Positions 42,504 through 55,500 of a DNA stretch of 64,000 nucleotides are shown piece by piece. Positions within the stretch are counted from its first letter, which is position 1. Each line of letters begins with the position of its first letter. The position numbers and the translations under genes are program-made. The stretch covers positions 3,616,001 through 3,680,000 of the forward strand of contig OY760505.1 of the NCBI GenBank assembly GCA_963663545.1. Direction: 5' to 3'. Origin of the DNA: Candidatus Delongbacteria bacterium. GTDB lineage: Bacteria; CAIWAD01. The notes below the pieces were generated by a model, which was not told the DNA's origin, did no database searches, and saw nothing but the letters and a program-made list of their open reading frames with translations.

Positions 42504-44975
42504 TTATTTGAATAAGCGCAATTCGTAGATGGTCCAGGGGTGGTGCCGCTGCGAGTTGGTCTGGATAATTCGTAAATAACGGCAGCGTTGTCGCGGCAAT
42601 GGAATCACGAACTTGACGGCGTGCGGCTGTTTACTGAATGACCACAACGGCGGCACGGCCTCGGGTTCGACCACCAGCGCTTGCCAGTTATTGCCATCTT
42701 GAGAAATCTCGACGCGATAACCACCGGGATAGTGCCAGACCTGCGCTCCTAGCTCCATCACTATCCTGGCAACAACACCTGGCTGGCCCAGATCGATTGC
42801 TACAAAATCCCATGGTCGTTGATTATCTCCGGTAGTCCAATAACTGTCGAGGTTACCGTCGATCAATGCTCGAACCAGTCGATTTTTTCGACTGGCCATC
42901 ACCCGCCATTTCTTCGCAGAAAGTGATTTACCCTGGAAATGATATTTATCCAGGTAATTATTGGAGACGACCCGATAGACATAGCTGGAGCCGCAGCAGC
43001 GTTCCAATTGTAGTCTGTCGTGATATCCTTTCAGGCGCGTTGTCATTTGTCTCCAGGCTTCAGGCGGATATTTATGCCGATGTAGAATCAGATAGTCAAT
43101 CCCTAATTCTCGCAATAATCCCATCGCTAGCGGCGAGGGAAAATCGCGCATTCCGGTGCGGCACAAGTAAAAATAGGAGTGGGGAAAATAACCGCTGTAG
43201 CCATTGACCAGTTGCTTGCCATGGTAGAGGGAATAATACATATAGTAAGTTTCCTGCCAGGTTTCTTCCAATTTATGCGGCAACGGCATTTCCAGGATAA
43301 CCTTCGGTTGCGGTTGTTGGCCGAGCCAGCGGTAAACCGCAGGAATATTTTTTGCGGTCGCGACCGGAAAATTAACCAGGGGTAAGCAACAAAGTTCGAG
43401 CATCAGCAAGGGAACGATCACTCCCAAAAGCCATGGTGAATGCCGTGGCCATTGGCGCAGCAACCAGCTTACTCCATAAGCGATAAAAATACTCAACGCC
43501 AGCGCAGCAATCATAATGAAGCGAGCCGGGACCCGTACCCCATCGAATCCGGGCACGAAACGGGCCAGGAGATAATATGGCCCCACGCAAATCAAGTGTC
43601 GGCAGCAATAAATATACGGTCCCAGGCAAAGCAACAGCGATAACGCCAGCATTAGCAAATAAAATTTATAGGGACCAGGTTGAAACCAGGCATTGAGATA
43701 GCTCCGCACTCCTGGCTGCATCAGCAAGCGTAGCAGTGCCAGTAATCCAAACCAGGTTACCGCCAGATGCGGATGCGTAATATCGATACGCCAGGCGCCA
43801 ATTTCAAAATGGCAACTGCCGTTTTTTAGGGTTAGCACCACCACTATCGCCAGGAAAAGCAACAGACCCGACACAACATGGCCGGCAAGCCTGAGCCGAC
43901 GGTGGACGAGCGGCGCTGCCGGCTTTAGCTTCGGCAATGATTTTTTGCCACTGACAATGCCGATTGCCGCCAGGAGGAGCGCGATTACGCCAAAAAACAA
44001 TTCCCCTTCGGGCTTGCGCCAGGAGGCGGTAATGCTACCCCAGATGCAATTGCTGGCCGGAGCAGCGAAAAAACTGCGGATATCGGCGGAAAAATAGATC
44101 ATTTCGGCAAAAGAACGCCGAAAGCCCATTTGTTGTTTTAAATAAATGTAAGGATAGAAAAGCGGAAATAACACCAGCAAGCCCAAAAGCGAACAGCCGA
44201 GCAATCCGAGCCAGACGCGACGATCGCCATAGTGTTGCCGTAGCTCTACAGCGGTGAAGATCGCGATAAACGGCATGACAAATAATCCATAATAGCCGCA
44301 GCTTAAAAACTGGAAAATCCAAAAAACGGTCATCGCCAACAACCAGCGCTGACAGCGCGTTTGCCAAAATTTATGGTAACAGAGAAAAATCAAGGGCAAC
44401 CATTGTCCGCTTTGAATCTGCAAATGATGAATGCTGGCCATTTTCCAGGGAAAGAAAGCGAAAAACAATGCGGCGACAAAAGCGGCACGCCGGTCGCCAC
44501 TGAGATGGTGTGCTAATAAATACAGGTTGAATCCGGTCAAGATAAACGACAGCAAAAAAACAAAATTATAGGCGGCTACGGCATCGTCGCTCAATAGATT
44601 GACCGGTAAGGCCAGTATGGTATTCAGTGGCATGTAGTCGGTATAGGCCAGGGTACAGCTATGAGGATAGAAAATATTGGCATCGAGAAAAGTACTAATC
44701 TCGGCATTGGCGATTTTGCGGGCGCTCCAGGCCAACAACCAGGTATTCAAGAGCGGGTCACCCTCCTGCCCCGGCAATAGCTTTCCAGGATGGCAAATTA
44801 GCGGATAGGTCATAACTAGAGTCAATATTATCAGCATAACCAGTAGTAGCGACTGCGCCGCAATTTTGCCTGAAAGAGTTTGCGACGTTTGAGAAAAGAG
44901 ATGATTATTGGCGCCAAGGGCAACGATAATCCCGAAAACAAAGGTAATGGCGAGGTAAATGCTTGGCATAGGCAT
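42504..44975 (-). CDS. Polytopic GT-C-like membrane protein with C-terminal discoidin (F5/8 C) domain
   Basis: DPLLNTW, DANIFYP, RVPARF, VNGYSG; IDGNLDSYW, IDLG, RYLRI, WTIYEL. Confidence 0.75.
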   Translation of the reverse strand: MPMPSIYLAITFVFGIIVALGANNHLFSQTSQTLSGKIAAQSLLLVMLIILTLVMTYPLICHPGKLLPGQEGDPLLNTWLLAWSARKIANAEISTFLDANIFYPHSCTLAYTDYMPLNTILALPVNLLSDDAVAAYNFVFLLSFILTGFNLYLLAHHLSGDRRAAFVAALFFAFFPWKMASIHHLQIQSGQWLPLIFLCYHKFWQTRCQRWLLAMTVFWIFQFLSCGYYGLFVMPFIAIFTAVELRQHYGDRRVWLGLLGCSLLGLLVLFPLFYPYIYLKQQMGFRRSFAEMIYFSADIRSFFAAPASNCIWGSITASWRKPEGELFFGVIALLLAAIGIVSGKKSLPKLKPAAPLVHRRLRLAGHVVSGLLLFLAIVVVLTLKNGSCHFEIGAWRIDITHPHLAVTWFGLLALLRLLMQPGVRSYLNAWFQPGPYKFYLLMLALSLLLCLGPYIYCCRHLICVGPYYLLARFVPGFDGVRVPARFIMIAALALSIFIAYGVSWLLRQWPRHSPWLLGVIVPLLMLELCCLPLVNFPVATAKNIPAVYRWLGQQPQPKVILEMPLPHKLEETWQETYYMYYSLYHGKQLVNGYSGYFPHSYFYLCRTGMRDFPSPLAMGLLRELGIDYLILHRHKYPPEAWRQMTTRLKGYHDRLQLERCCGSSYVYRVVSNNYLDKYHFQGKSLSAKKWRVMASRKNRLVRALIDGNLDSYWTTGDNQRPWDFVAIDLGQPGVVARIVMELGAQVWHYPGGYRVEISQDGNNWQALVVEPEAVPPLWSFSKQPHAVKFVIPLPRQRCRYLRIIQTNSQRHHPWTIYELRLFK

Positions 44976-45814
44976 TTTGTCCTGGTCGTTCCGGCAAGAC
45001 TAATCTTGCCGGAATTGAAGTTATCACACTATTCCGATTACAGACGATGTTGAACAGCTTGTTGTCATCCCTAATGCAGACATCTCGCGGGAAATCCGTA
45101 CGTCCGGTTCGCAACGGGAAGAGACCGGCGAGGATGAAAATAGCAACGTCCGGACGCTAGTGAAAAAAAATAAATTTGATTTGACAGTAGAAAATATTTA
45201 TGATAACCTAAACAAGTTTTGGCAGAAATTCTGCTAAGGAGCCGCCAAGAAATAAGTTGGTCAGTCGGTTTAGCAATATTGTTTCCCGTCATGAAAGGAG
45301 CATTACTATTCATAAGAAATTATCATAAGAAATTATAAGTGCTGCCATCTATAAGAACAGCAAAAGCCGCAGCAAAATACCACGGCTCAGTGCTGGCCTC
45401 TGACAAAAACGCAGGGGACTAGAATGTGCGTTTTTTATAAAAATAAGTCCTAAAATATATTGTTTCAATATATTTTAAAGACAAATCTTCAATGGATAAC
45501 ACAAATACCCACTACTCGGTATTAGCCGAGCTACTTTGGTAGCTAACGATGCTTGCTACCTTTGTCTTTGCTAAGCACAGGCTTCTTAATTAAGAAATCA
45601 ATATAGGGTCTCATTTAGAGACAGCGTAAATGTAGTCTTTACATTTAGCTATTTCTAAGTTTACTATCTCGGCTCCAAGTTTTCAATTGTTTTTTTGTAA
45701 ACACCCTAATTTTTATAAAACAAAATACCAATTTATACTTTTTCAGGTTTCAAAACCAAATTTTTTTGATCTAACAATCGATTGCAGTGGACGCTTGCGC
45801 TACTAAAGCAAACG

Positions 45815-46140
45815 TTAGGCGCCCGGGAAAATATTCGAGTTGATTTGCGTCTCTTCCTTTATCTGCAAAGGAAAATAAATGCTGAAGGTTGTCCCCTTTG
45901 CCTGGCTCACTTTCGATCTTGATGGAACCTTGATGACGTTGAACGATGCCGTAAACCATTGACAGACCGAGTCCGGTACCATGTTCGCCTTTAGTAGTGA
46001 AAAAGGGGGGCTAAACAACGCTGGCGCACTTCTTCCGGCATCCCTGCTCCCGAATCACTTACTTCTAGCACCAGGTTTTCGTCTTGAGTACGGCTGCGAA
46101 TGATGATACTACCGTCGTTAGACATCGCGTCTACCGCTAT
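45815..46140 (-). pseudogene. Frameshifted histidine-kinase HATPase fragment
   Basis: Across frames: [46 protein letters not shown]. Confidence 0.7.
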
Positions 46141-46177
46141 CTTTGCGAAGTGATTTTTTGCATTTCCACAATAATCA

Positions 46178-47882
46178 TCACCCCAACTCCATAATCAATA
46201 ACACAAAAAAGATCAACAAAATTGCTACCATATTGCAGATATTTGCGCCGATCAGGTGTTTGAGAATATCCATCGAACTCTGGCGCCGCCTGGTTCCCCA
46301 CCAAAAACTAATGGAAGCGATCGCCACGCCCGCGCACATGGTCTTGACGGTAAACATCGCGAATCCTTCAAAAATCGGGATAAATCCCAGAAATATTTTC
46401 GGCTCGAGATGCGCCCAGAAAGTATCGACCCAGGTATACCAGGTACACAACGGATTAGTCGCCAGCGCCACCAGCAAAGAGCCTAGCGCCGACACCAAAA
46501 ACGAAATATACGAAAGTATCCAGCAACCGCAGACAAAGCAGATCAAGACCTGGGGATAGAAAAACAGGTTAGGCTCGACCCCAAAATTGCGCATGGCGTC
46601 CCATTGCCGCCGCTCGCTGTCTTTCATATTGGTAAAGTAGGCGGTAATCGCTGTCCCAGAGCGAGCGGCGATAAAAATACAAGTAAACAGCGGTATCAAC
46701 GCCCGGAACATTACTACACCAAAAGCCACTGAGCATTTCTCGAAAAAAAGCCGGCACAATGAAATTCTTGATCTCTACGGCGCCACCTCCACTAAGTTCG
46801 AAAACTGCCCAATTCCAGATGCAGCGAAAAATAGGTGGCCACCAGGCCAAGGAAAAAAACCGGTCAACACATTATAAGGCAGCGAAGCGAATGACCAGCA
46901 GCTTGATCATTACCCAGAAAAATTTGGCAAACCATAGATAGCTTTGCCAGCGGAATATTTTGCGTATGGTGCGAAAGAATCGTGGCAAAGCGCTATTCCA
47001 ACGCCAGTCGTCGCAGCCTACCTGATGTTGCAGCAGTTCGTCGGCAGTCAATTCACGAATCGAAGGTTTACGCGGTCGAGCCAGGTCGGCCTGATAATAG
47101 ACCGCAGTCTTGGGGGGGCAATCATTCTCGATTTCCTGGCGCTGGTTGATAAACCACACCCGATCGGCTATTCCCAAAAAATTTTCATAATCATGAGTAA
47201 TCACGATCGAGAGCAGGTTGTCGTTCTCGCTATGGGTTTTCTTGATCAAGGCTACCGCCTGTTGAGTGGAGCGTAGATCCAGCGATGAAGTTGGCTCGTC
47301 GAAGATCATGATCTGCGGGCGAAAGGCTAAAAAACGGCCAAAAGCGACTCGTTGCTTTTGACCTCCCGATAGATTATCGAGCTGGCACGACAAAATATTC
47401 GGCGGCAATCCCAAAGTAGAGACGATTTCTTTGCGCCAGACTTTCCAATCGCGGCCATAACGAGGCCGCTCCGACTGATCGTTGGCAAAAGCCATATTTT
47501 CTTCGACATCCAGATCATCGAACAGGCCGAGAGATTGGAACATCATCCCAATTTTTCCTTCTAACTCCGCAGGATAGATGTCGGCAAGAATGTCGATTTC
47601 TCGGCCATTCAGACGCAGACAAAAGCGGCTGTCTGGAGCGGTGTGGCTGATCAGCAAAGTTTTGTCGAACCGCGTCAGAAAACCGAGGAGCAAGTTCGTC
47701 AGCAACGATTTGCCTGAGCCGCTGCAACCGAGCAACAATACTATTTCACCCCGGCGGGCGTCGATGTTGATGTTGTGCAATAATTTTTCGGCGCGCAATT
47801 CCTGGTTATTGTCGGGCGCCGGTTTGACCGCCTCGATATTGACTGCGGCGATCTGGAAGATCGACTCATGAGTACTCATCAT
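46178..47882 (-). pseudogene. ABC ATPase (MlaF-like) apparently fused to a MlaE-like permease, several frameshifts
   Basis: GCSGSGKS, LSGGQKQR, FDEPT, ITHD; then IAARSGTAITA...QWDAMR..GVEP; joining segment switches frame at T runs. Confidence 0.7.
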
Positions 47883-49284
47883 CGCTTTCCCTTGTTGGTT
47901 ATCTGATAGACATATTGTTTATTGACCCGCAAGCCACTTCCGGGAAAACAGATTATTTGGGGTTCGGGCCGGTGTGAAATGCCTTCGCGCAGGGCCATCA
48001 ACAATAGCGGATTGGGACCGGTGCGGTTTTCATTAAGGACGAATTTCTCCAGCCAGCGAACGCTCAAATTCTGGACATCATCAATGATATTTTGGATATT
48101 GCTGACGATTTCTCGGTCCTGGGCTGCCTGGCTGAAGGTTTTGCACCAGGGCCTGAGCTACTTTATCGCCATAGCGTGCTTTGATGTGCTCGATCAGGCG
48201 TTGATTTCTAGCCAGAGCCTGAAAACCACCGACCACTTTATCCATGAATTCGACCTCCTGGGCTGCTTTTTTGACCACCTCCGAGCCATGGCGCATAATC
48301 TGGTCATTGTGGCTTCGAAAAACCCGTTTGAGTTCCTGGGCGTGCCGCTGGCCATCCTTGTTGCCAGGCTCCTTTTTGGAAACCGCTTTTAGCACGATCG
48401 AGCGCACGTTGCCGGTCGAAAATAACGCTAACGATGCCGCTAAAAATTTTGATGATTTTACCGCCTTTCATATCGGAAAAATATCTGGGATCAATAAAGA
48501 AGGAACTGACTTCGTCAAGTGCCTGATTAGCGCCGCCGCTGACTGCTTTCTGGGATACCCGGGTCCAATCGATATTGTCTTTGAACAAAGTGGTAATCCT
48601 GGCGGTATGCTCATTGCGTTCAATGCTGGCGATCGCCGCATTCCAATCAATGCGGGCAAAAACTTCGTGTTTGATCGTAGCGGTAATCTCTTGCTTGAGA
48701 AACGAATTGTTAAGGACACGCTCGGCCAGTTGTCGATCTTGTAATTCCTGGCCCAGCAGTTTGCCCAGCCGCTGGGAAAACGAGGGTGATGCGTTGCTGA
48801 TTTTTGCCGGCCAGTTGCCCATATTTGGTTCTTGAAGCGATCGCCTTGATCGGCACCGAAAAATCGGCTTAAAATGCTCAAAAACGACGGCGAAGCGTGT
48901 AAAAATTCAAAGCGGGTATCATCGCGTAAAGTGGAGGCTTCGTATTTTTTGATGATGGCAACCGAAAAGCGCCAGATTCGCGGGTCGGATTTATCAACGT
49001 TACTAATGAAACCGGTAAGGGTTCAATTCGGGCTGAAATTCGTAAACCGGTGTCCCCCGACGAAACCATTGCTGTGCCGTCAGTTTTTCGCCGGGGATTT
49101 CGAGAATAATTTCGGTGTTGTTGTTGATATAGGGCAGACGCGGTAATAACTCGCGAAAAAAAGTCGGCAGTATGCCAAACAATAGCTTTCCTAACACCAT
49201 AGCAGAGAGCAAGATGCCAAAAGCAGTAGTCCCCCAAAACAGAATAGACCGGCGTTTAAGCAAATGCTTGCAGAAAAATTTCAT
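47879..49284 (-). pseudogene. Hypothetical membrane-anchored protein in several frame-shifted pieces
   Basis: Overlapping ORFs from 49003-49284 down to 47879-48067 tile the interval; RBS before 49284; end overlaps the ABC ATG. Confidence 0.5.
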
Positions 49285-49319
49285 AGGAACGTCCTTGAGG
49301 TAAAATAAACGAACTTGAT

Positions 49320-49509
49320 TAGGCTGTGTTTACGAATTCATTTCGCCTGCTATCGAGTCATTTTGTTCCCTGGCGGCGTCGCTCCTCAATATACAGAACT
49401 AAGGCTATGCGCATTCGTCGCTCCTTGCCAGAAAACAAAATTGCTAAACCAACTGACCAAGTTATTTAATCCCGTCGCCTAAACGAAAGCAATTCGTAAA
49501 CACAGCCTA
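49320..49509. mobile_element. 190-bp MITE with 19-bp perfect TIR carrying the family A core
   Basis: taggctgtgtttacgaatt ... aattcgtaaacacagccta; related ends at ~9250-9266 and ~24562-24587. Confidence 0.8.
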
Positions 49510-50016
49510 GACTGACCAATTTATTTTCGGCTCCTGGTTAGACGAAAAATTTTTTGATTTGGCTGGCCGATTAAGGAATTAATTCGCTGCGTAAGTCCTG
49601 TACCTATTTTTCCAATAACATTTTGATTTTTTTTTTATGCCAGTTAGAATCAGGTTTTCAGAACGACTTCCCTCTATACACCAGAAAAATAAAGGCTAAA
49701 TTTCTCCTGCGTAAGTCCTGTTCCAGATTATCCTCGGCAAGATCATCGACGGCTTTAATCGCATTTCGCTATCACTCAAAGGAAAGAAGGTTATTGCCCA
49801 ATTGATCTGATTTTTGTAACATTATATCAAAATTAAATCAATGCACATTTTTTTGAGAAGTGTGTAAAAAGTCAGTCTAAAAGTCTGCAATTTCAGTTAT
49901 TTCAGCATGTCTTTTCCAATGAAACGATTTGCCCCCAAACGATTTCTATCTGTCATTTATGCTGGCTCCTAAAAAATATCCATTTTTTTTTGTCAGAAAA
50001 TCCATCTTGTTGCCAA

Positions 50017-50249
50017 TAAGGAACCGGTAAGAAATAAGTTGGTCAGTTGGTTTAGGCGCCGGCAAGAAATAAGTTGGTCAGTTGGTTTAGGCGCCGGCAA
50101 GAAATAAGTTGGTCAGTTGGTTTAGCAATTTTGTTTCCTGGCAAGGAGCGACGAATGCGCATAGCCTTAGTTCTGTAATTGAGGAATGACGCGGCCAGGG
50201 AGCAAAAGGGCAAACCAAATGGGGAAGTTATTTCTTGCCGGCTCCTTAG
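50017..50249 (-). repeat. Family A copy with triplicated 37-bp end
   Basis: ccgg(c/t)aagaaataagttggtcagttggtttag x3, then core. Confidence 0.85.
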
Positions 50250-50329
50250 TTAAAAAACCGGGATCTTGAAATCCAAAACGAAACGAAAAAACATGTCAGA
50301 AAATCCATATCTCGATTAGGAATCATATT

Positions 50330-52550
50330 TTGAAATATTTGTTGCTGATTTTCATCTGTACGACCATAATCCTGGCGCATGGGCAGGAAATTACTCCCGA
50401 GTTTGTCTTTCAACTTAACGGAGAGCTGCTCGCCACGACAAAATCCAATGAAACCTATTGGAATCTGGCCACAAAGGAAGAATTTTGCTCTCTACCCAAA
50501 CGACCGACTAAGATCGCCCCAGGGCGGTATCGGTTGTTTTTTGAACTCAAGCCATACGAATTCTATGGACCTGATGGCACGAAGATAACCGTGAACTTAA
50601 AGCCGCGTGAATACCTGGCTTTGTACGGACGGCTGGCCCAGGGGCAAAGCTCGTCGGTTCCTTTACAGTGGCACGGGATCGCGTTTCAGACAGTATTGTC
50701 CTGTCCTCCGGCAAAACTTCCTCGTCCTCTCTTTAGTCAGGCATTGGTGCGTTGCCTGGGCAGGGAAAAAGTGCTGTTGGAAAAATCGGGACTCACTGAT
50801 GAGAGCATACGGTGCATGCTCGCAAATAATGACTGGTGCCGCACCAATCGCCGCGTAACGGGTGGAGTGCTCCAGTGCGAACTCAAGCCATACGAATTCT
50901 ATGGACCTGACGGCACGAAGATAACCGTGAACTTAAAGCCGCGTGAATACCTGGCTTTGTACGAACGGCTGGCCCAGGGGCAAAGCTCGTCGGTTCCTTT
51001 ACAGTGGCACGGGATCGCGTTTCAGACAGGGCTGTCCTGCCCGCCGGCAAAACTTCCTCGTCCTCTCTTCAGTCAGGCATTGGTGCGCTGCATGGGCAGT
51101 GGGAAAGCGCTGGAAAAATCGGAACTCGCCAACGCGAACATCCGTCGTCTTCTCGCGGACAATGATTGGTGCTGTGGCGATTGCTTCGTAACAAATGGTG
51201 TGCTCCAGTGCAAAACTCAAGCCTTATAAGCTAAGTGATGATGTAAGCGGCAAGGACTATCTGCTGCCGATGCCGGCAAGAGGCTGGCTTACCGCCTATC
51301 TCGATTACGTGGCTGCCTGGAGTGGAAAAAAATCGCCGCGAGTAATGCAATTACTGCATCCGGACCATCGACACGCTTATGAAACAGCACCAGAGGCAGA
51401 GCGCCGGTTCTACCTGCGCGACCACCTTATCGCACGACCGCCGTATGCATTGAGACTGACGGATGTGCCGCTTGCGCGTTTACAAAATCAAGTTTCGCAA
51501 AAAAACTGGCAATACTGGGCTCTACGATATCCAAAGCAATAAAACCGTTCCCCTGCGCTGTGAGGGGAGCTGTTTGTTCTGGCGCAATGCCGCCGAACGG
51601 ACACCGCTTTCGGGGGAAAAGCATATTTTTGGTGCAACCATCTCTGGTGCGGCGTCGGCGTTCTTCCTGCCTCTCGATAAAGAGCTGCCGGAACGAGCGA
51701 GTGCTTACTACACCGTGGAGTTGACATTGCCGCATGGGACCGGGCTCAAAGGCATCATCGCGCAAATACCGGCCTATTCGGCGCAGGACATCGAGGTCAC
51801 GCTATACCATGAAATCCCCCGTAATTTCCATTATGCGCTCATTCCTTCACCGCTGCCGGTGTGCCTGCGGTGTACGGCGGATCAGCTAACGCTGTTTCCT
51901 TGCGATATACGGCTGGTGCGCAAGATTAGCTATTGTTTTGCCGGTCGAAAAATTTCACGAACTCCACCCAATTCTGTAGGCAACGCCGATGACCTGGCCC
52001 ACGGGACGGTGCAGCCTTCCCTGGAATGGCGACAGTGGTGGAATTTTGCTATAAGGCCACCACTGCGCCAGGCGTCTACTTTTGTTTTGCTCGATGCTTT
52101 TTACAGAAATGACGATCAACTCATGGAGCGAGAGGAAGAATGGACGGAAATCAAATTGCTGTGCCTGGCTCTGGCCAATATCGAACCCGGTGCAGCCTTC
52201 GCTTACGTTCGCGGCGGCGTTATGCGGCGTTGTGAAAGGGCTGGGGGAACTCCAGCGCATGAATCTCGACTTTGCCGATTGCACGCTGGGACTTCCCTAC
52301 CATCGCCACTACTCCAACTATCAGAGGGAACTCGATAATCTGCTGGCCGGTCGCCGGGTCAAAGAACTCATCTTTGTCCGTTCTTGCTACAATCCCGATT
52401 ATCGTTACAGCGAAATATCCCGAGGAAAGCAAATTCGTTTGGGAGATATAATTCTCCGCAATTTCGATCGCGGCAAATTTCAGAAGTGGATCAATGCGAT
52501 CCCGAAAACCCGCAAAAAATTTGCCAGAGAAAATCAACATCCAAGGAGGT
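50330..52550 (+). pseudogene. Secreted hypothetical protein with internal tandem duplication, frameshifted (3' end approximate)
   Basis: Signal peptide; ORFs at 50330, 51195, 51463 and 52082 overlap sequentially. Confidence 0.5.
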
Positions 52551-52555
52551 CGAAA

Positions 52556-55500
52556 ATGAGAAAGCTATTCATTTTGTTCCTGTATCTTTGGAGCACTCAG
52601 ATCGCGGCCCAAACCATAGAAACGCAATGGTTGCTTCACGGCGATAGTCGTCGTATCTGCCCGGTGGAGCGTTATGACGCAACAGCAGAGAAGGTATTGT
52701 ACCAGATCGACGGCAACACGCATTCTACTGCTGTCCAGGCAAATAGAAACTGGGTGCGTTATAGTCGCTTCGGCCCCCGGACATCGAGGCTAATCATTGC
52801 CTTACAGGAAGGCCCCGCATTGTATGCATCTCCGGAAGAAGACAAACCGGGCATAAGTACCCGCGCTAGGAGAAAATTTCCTGCGCACTGATATTAGCCA
52901 CACCAACTCGCACGGCGAGAAATACATCCTTGTGGTCACTTTTCCCGAGACAGTTGAAAAAATCTTTACCAAGTCGGTAAGCGGTGATCTCCAAGCTCTG
53001 TGCCTAAACATTAGCATTCCGGACAATTATATCGAGCGCATCCTCATCGAGCCGCAAGGGCATTCCACTGCGGTCAAACTGACCTGGTACGGGCAAATGA
53101 GCCGGGAAGCATTCCAGATATTGAGCACCCTTAATAGAAGCTCAAAATGGCGGGAAACTATGCGACAGCTCCGCGAGGAAGTCGATGCTCGCTACCGCGA
53201 GCGCAAACCCACAGCCGGTTGGATGAAAGCAAGCTCGCTCATTCGCGGCAGAATGCACGAAGACCGTCACCTGGAAGGAGAAATTCGCTTTCTCGGTCGT
53301 CCCTACCTGCCGCTGGAAGTCGATCGCGTGTGGTTGGGAGAGCCCGCGGCGCATCGTCTCCCTATCATCGGCAGTTCCCGATGATAAGGAGTTAAAGGAC
53401 ATTAAAAAAACTTACTACGCCGATAAAACCATCAAGCAATTGCGCGAGGCAGCGGAAAGTTGCGGTTCCCGAGAAGCTGAAAGCCAGGGTGGTTTATACT
53501 GAAGATCACAAACTGCAACTATTGGGCAGCCTGAGCGACGCTGAATGGGATCTCCTCAAACAGGCAGGCGAGGGAAAGCGCCACTGGCAAAAGGCGCTAG
53601 ACGAATTGCAGCTCATCGCCGTGAAACAAAAGACCATCCAGGGCAAGGCGATACTGCGTCAGCCCTTTGGTAAAACTGTAGTCAAGGTGAATATTTATTC
53701 CGCCCCAACGGTCACGGCCAATGTACACACGAAGTTGAATGTGTTGCGCCATTTATATCTCTATTCCCGCGTTCGCAATAAGGAGGGGAACTGGTATCTG
53801 TTGGGAGAAAAGGATATCCTGGACGCATGGGCTGCATCTCGCGACCTCATGGGCTGGGTAAAGGAAGAAAATCTCATCCTCTGGCCTACGGCCCAATGTC
53901 TCGAGTTTAGCTGCTGGACTCGCCTGCTGCGCCCGGCTGGAGCCATCTATCCGAACGAGCAAAGCCTCCTGGAAGCGGCCCGAGGAGGGACAGCGGAAAT
54001 TTTGTGCGAGGAGTTCGATTTTCCCTATAGTCGGGCCATTGTTCGTTTCCCGATCCTCGAGAAAAAGAGTACTTTGCTCGACGGCAGGAAGATCACTTAC
54101 TATCGGGTAGCCTGCATTGCCCACAACATGAAATTGGCGCTGGACTACCAGCAGAAGATCGAAGAACTCATAAGCAAGAGGAAAAAGCTGGCAACCATCG
54201 AGGTAGTGTTTGTGGTGGACGGCACGGCTAATACCCGTCACTATGCCCCCAAAATCGCCGCTCTCATCGGCGAAATCTATAAAGAGGTTGATGATGCCCG
54301 CGACAAGGTGTTCCGCGGAGCGCCCCAACTCATCAAAAACGATATGCTGCGGCATATGGGAATGCGCGATCTGACTCCTGAATTGCGCACTGCCATTCTC
54401 GTCTATCGCGATCAACAATCGACACGCAAGATAAACGATATGCGCTACAGCACAGAGTGCAACTTTTGGGATTTTACCAACAGCAAAGAAGCTTTCTGGC
54501 AAAATTTTGACCAGATTGTATTCAGCCAGGGCACTGGCGACCAGGCATCGCAGCGCAAGGCTATGCGCGCCCTTCTGGAGGGAAAATTCACGGCCAGTGA
54601 TTCGGGGGTGGTCAATCCCGTCCGTTCGATAAAACCGTCGTGGACGCGTGGTAGCCCTACGCCTGGTGGTACTGCTCGGCGATGTCGGACAGCAAACGAC
54701 CATGGACGCGAATTGGACTGCCAAAAATTTTATCGAGGGTTGGAAAAATTTGCCCGAGGCCGAAAAATTTTCCTTCTTCGCCGTGCAACACGGTCGTATT
54801 GACCAGACCGCAGGGCATCGCCGCTTCAAAGCCTTTTGTCTGGAAGTCAAGGATGCCCTCTACGAAGAAGCTAAACGCAACCAGGCCCAGGAGGGCAAAA
54901 GTTTTTTGCCCAGTACGCGATGATGGCGGGAGAGGGTGAAAACGATCCCAAGCGACGTTTTTATAAGCTATGGCAGGAAATATTGGCAACTATCCATCAG
55001 CAGGACAAACTGTTGGAACAACTGGCAACCACAGGTTTTCAGCAGGAAGTGAACAAGTATCGTGCTGTTATGACACGGATATATCTTGCCATCGCTCATC
55101 GCGAGAAAGTTCCTTTCGAACCCGAGATTCGCTCCAGCTTGAGTTCGTACCTGGGTTTTGATCGCGGCCAGCAAACCATCTACCTTAAGGCTGGCGGCGA
55201 CAAAAATCACACCCGAGGTCTGGCAAGAAATCGAAAACCGGTATTCCGACCAGGAATGGCAGGAAGCCGTGCGCCGCCTGAAACGCAAAAGCCAGGAGCA
55301 CCGCATCGAGCTGAATAAACCGACGGCCTTGTACACCGAGGGATATGTCCTGGAAAAAAGCCTGTTATCAGGAGGGAATGAAGGGGTTTAACGTTGACCT
55401 GATCGCCTTCTCGCTGTTCCTGTCCAGGACGGATTTCGGCAAATTGGCGCAGATAACCAAAAGTTTTGCGGCAACCTGGGATGAGAGAGAAAAAGCCCGG

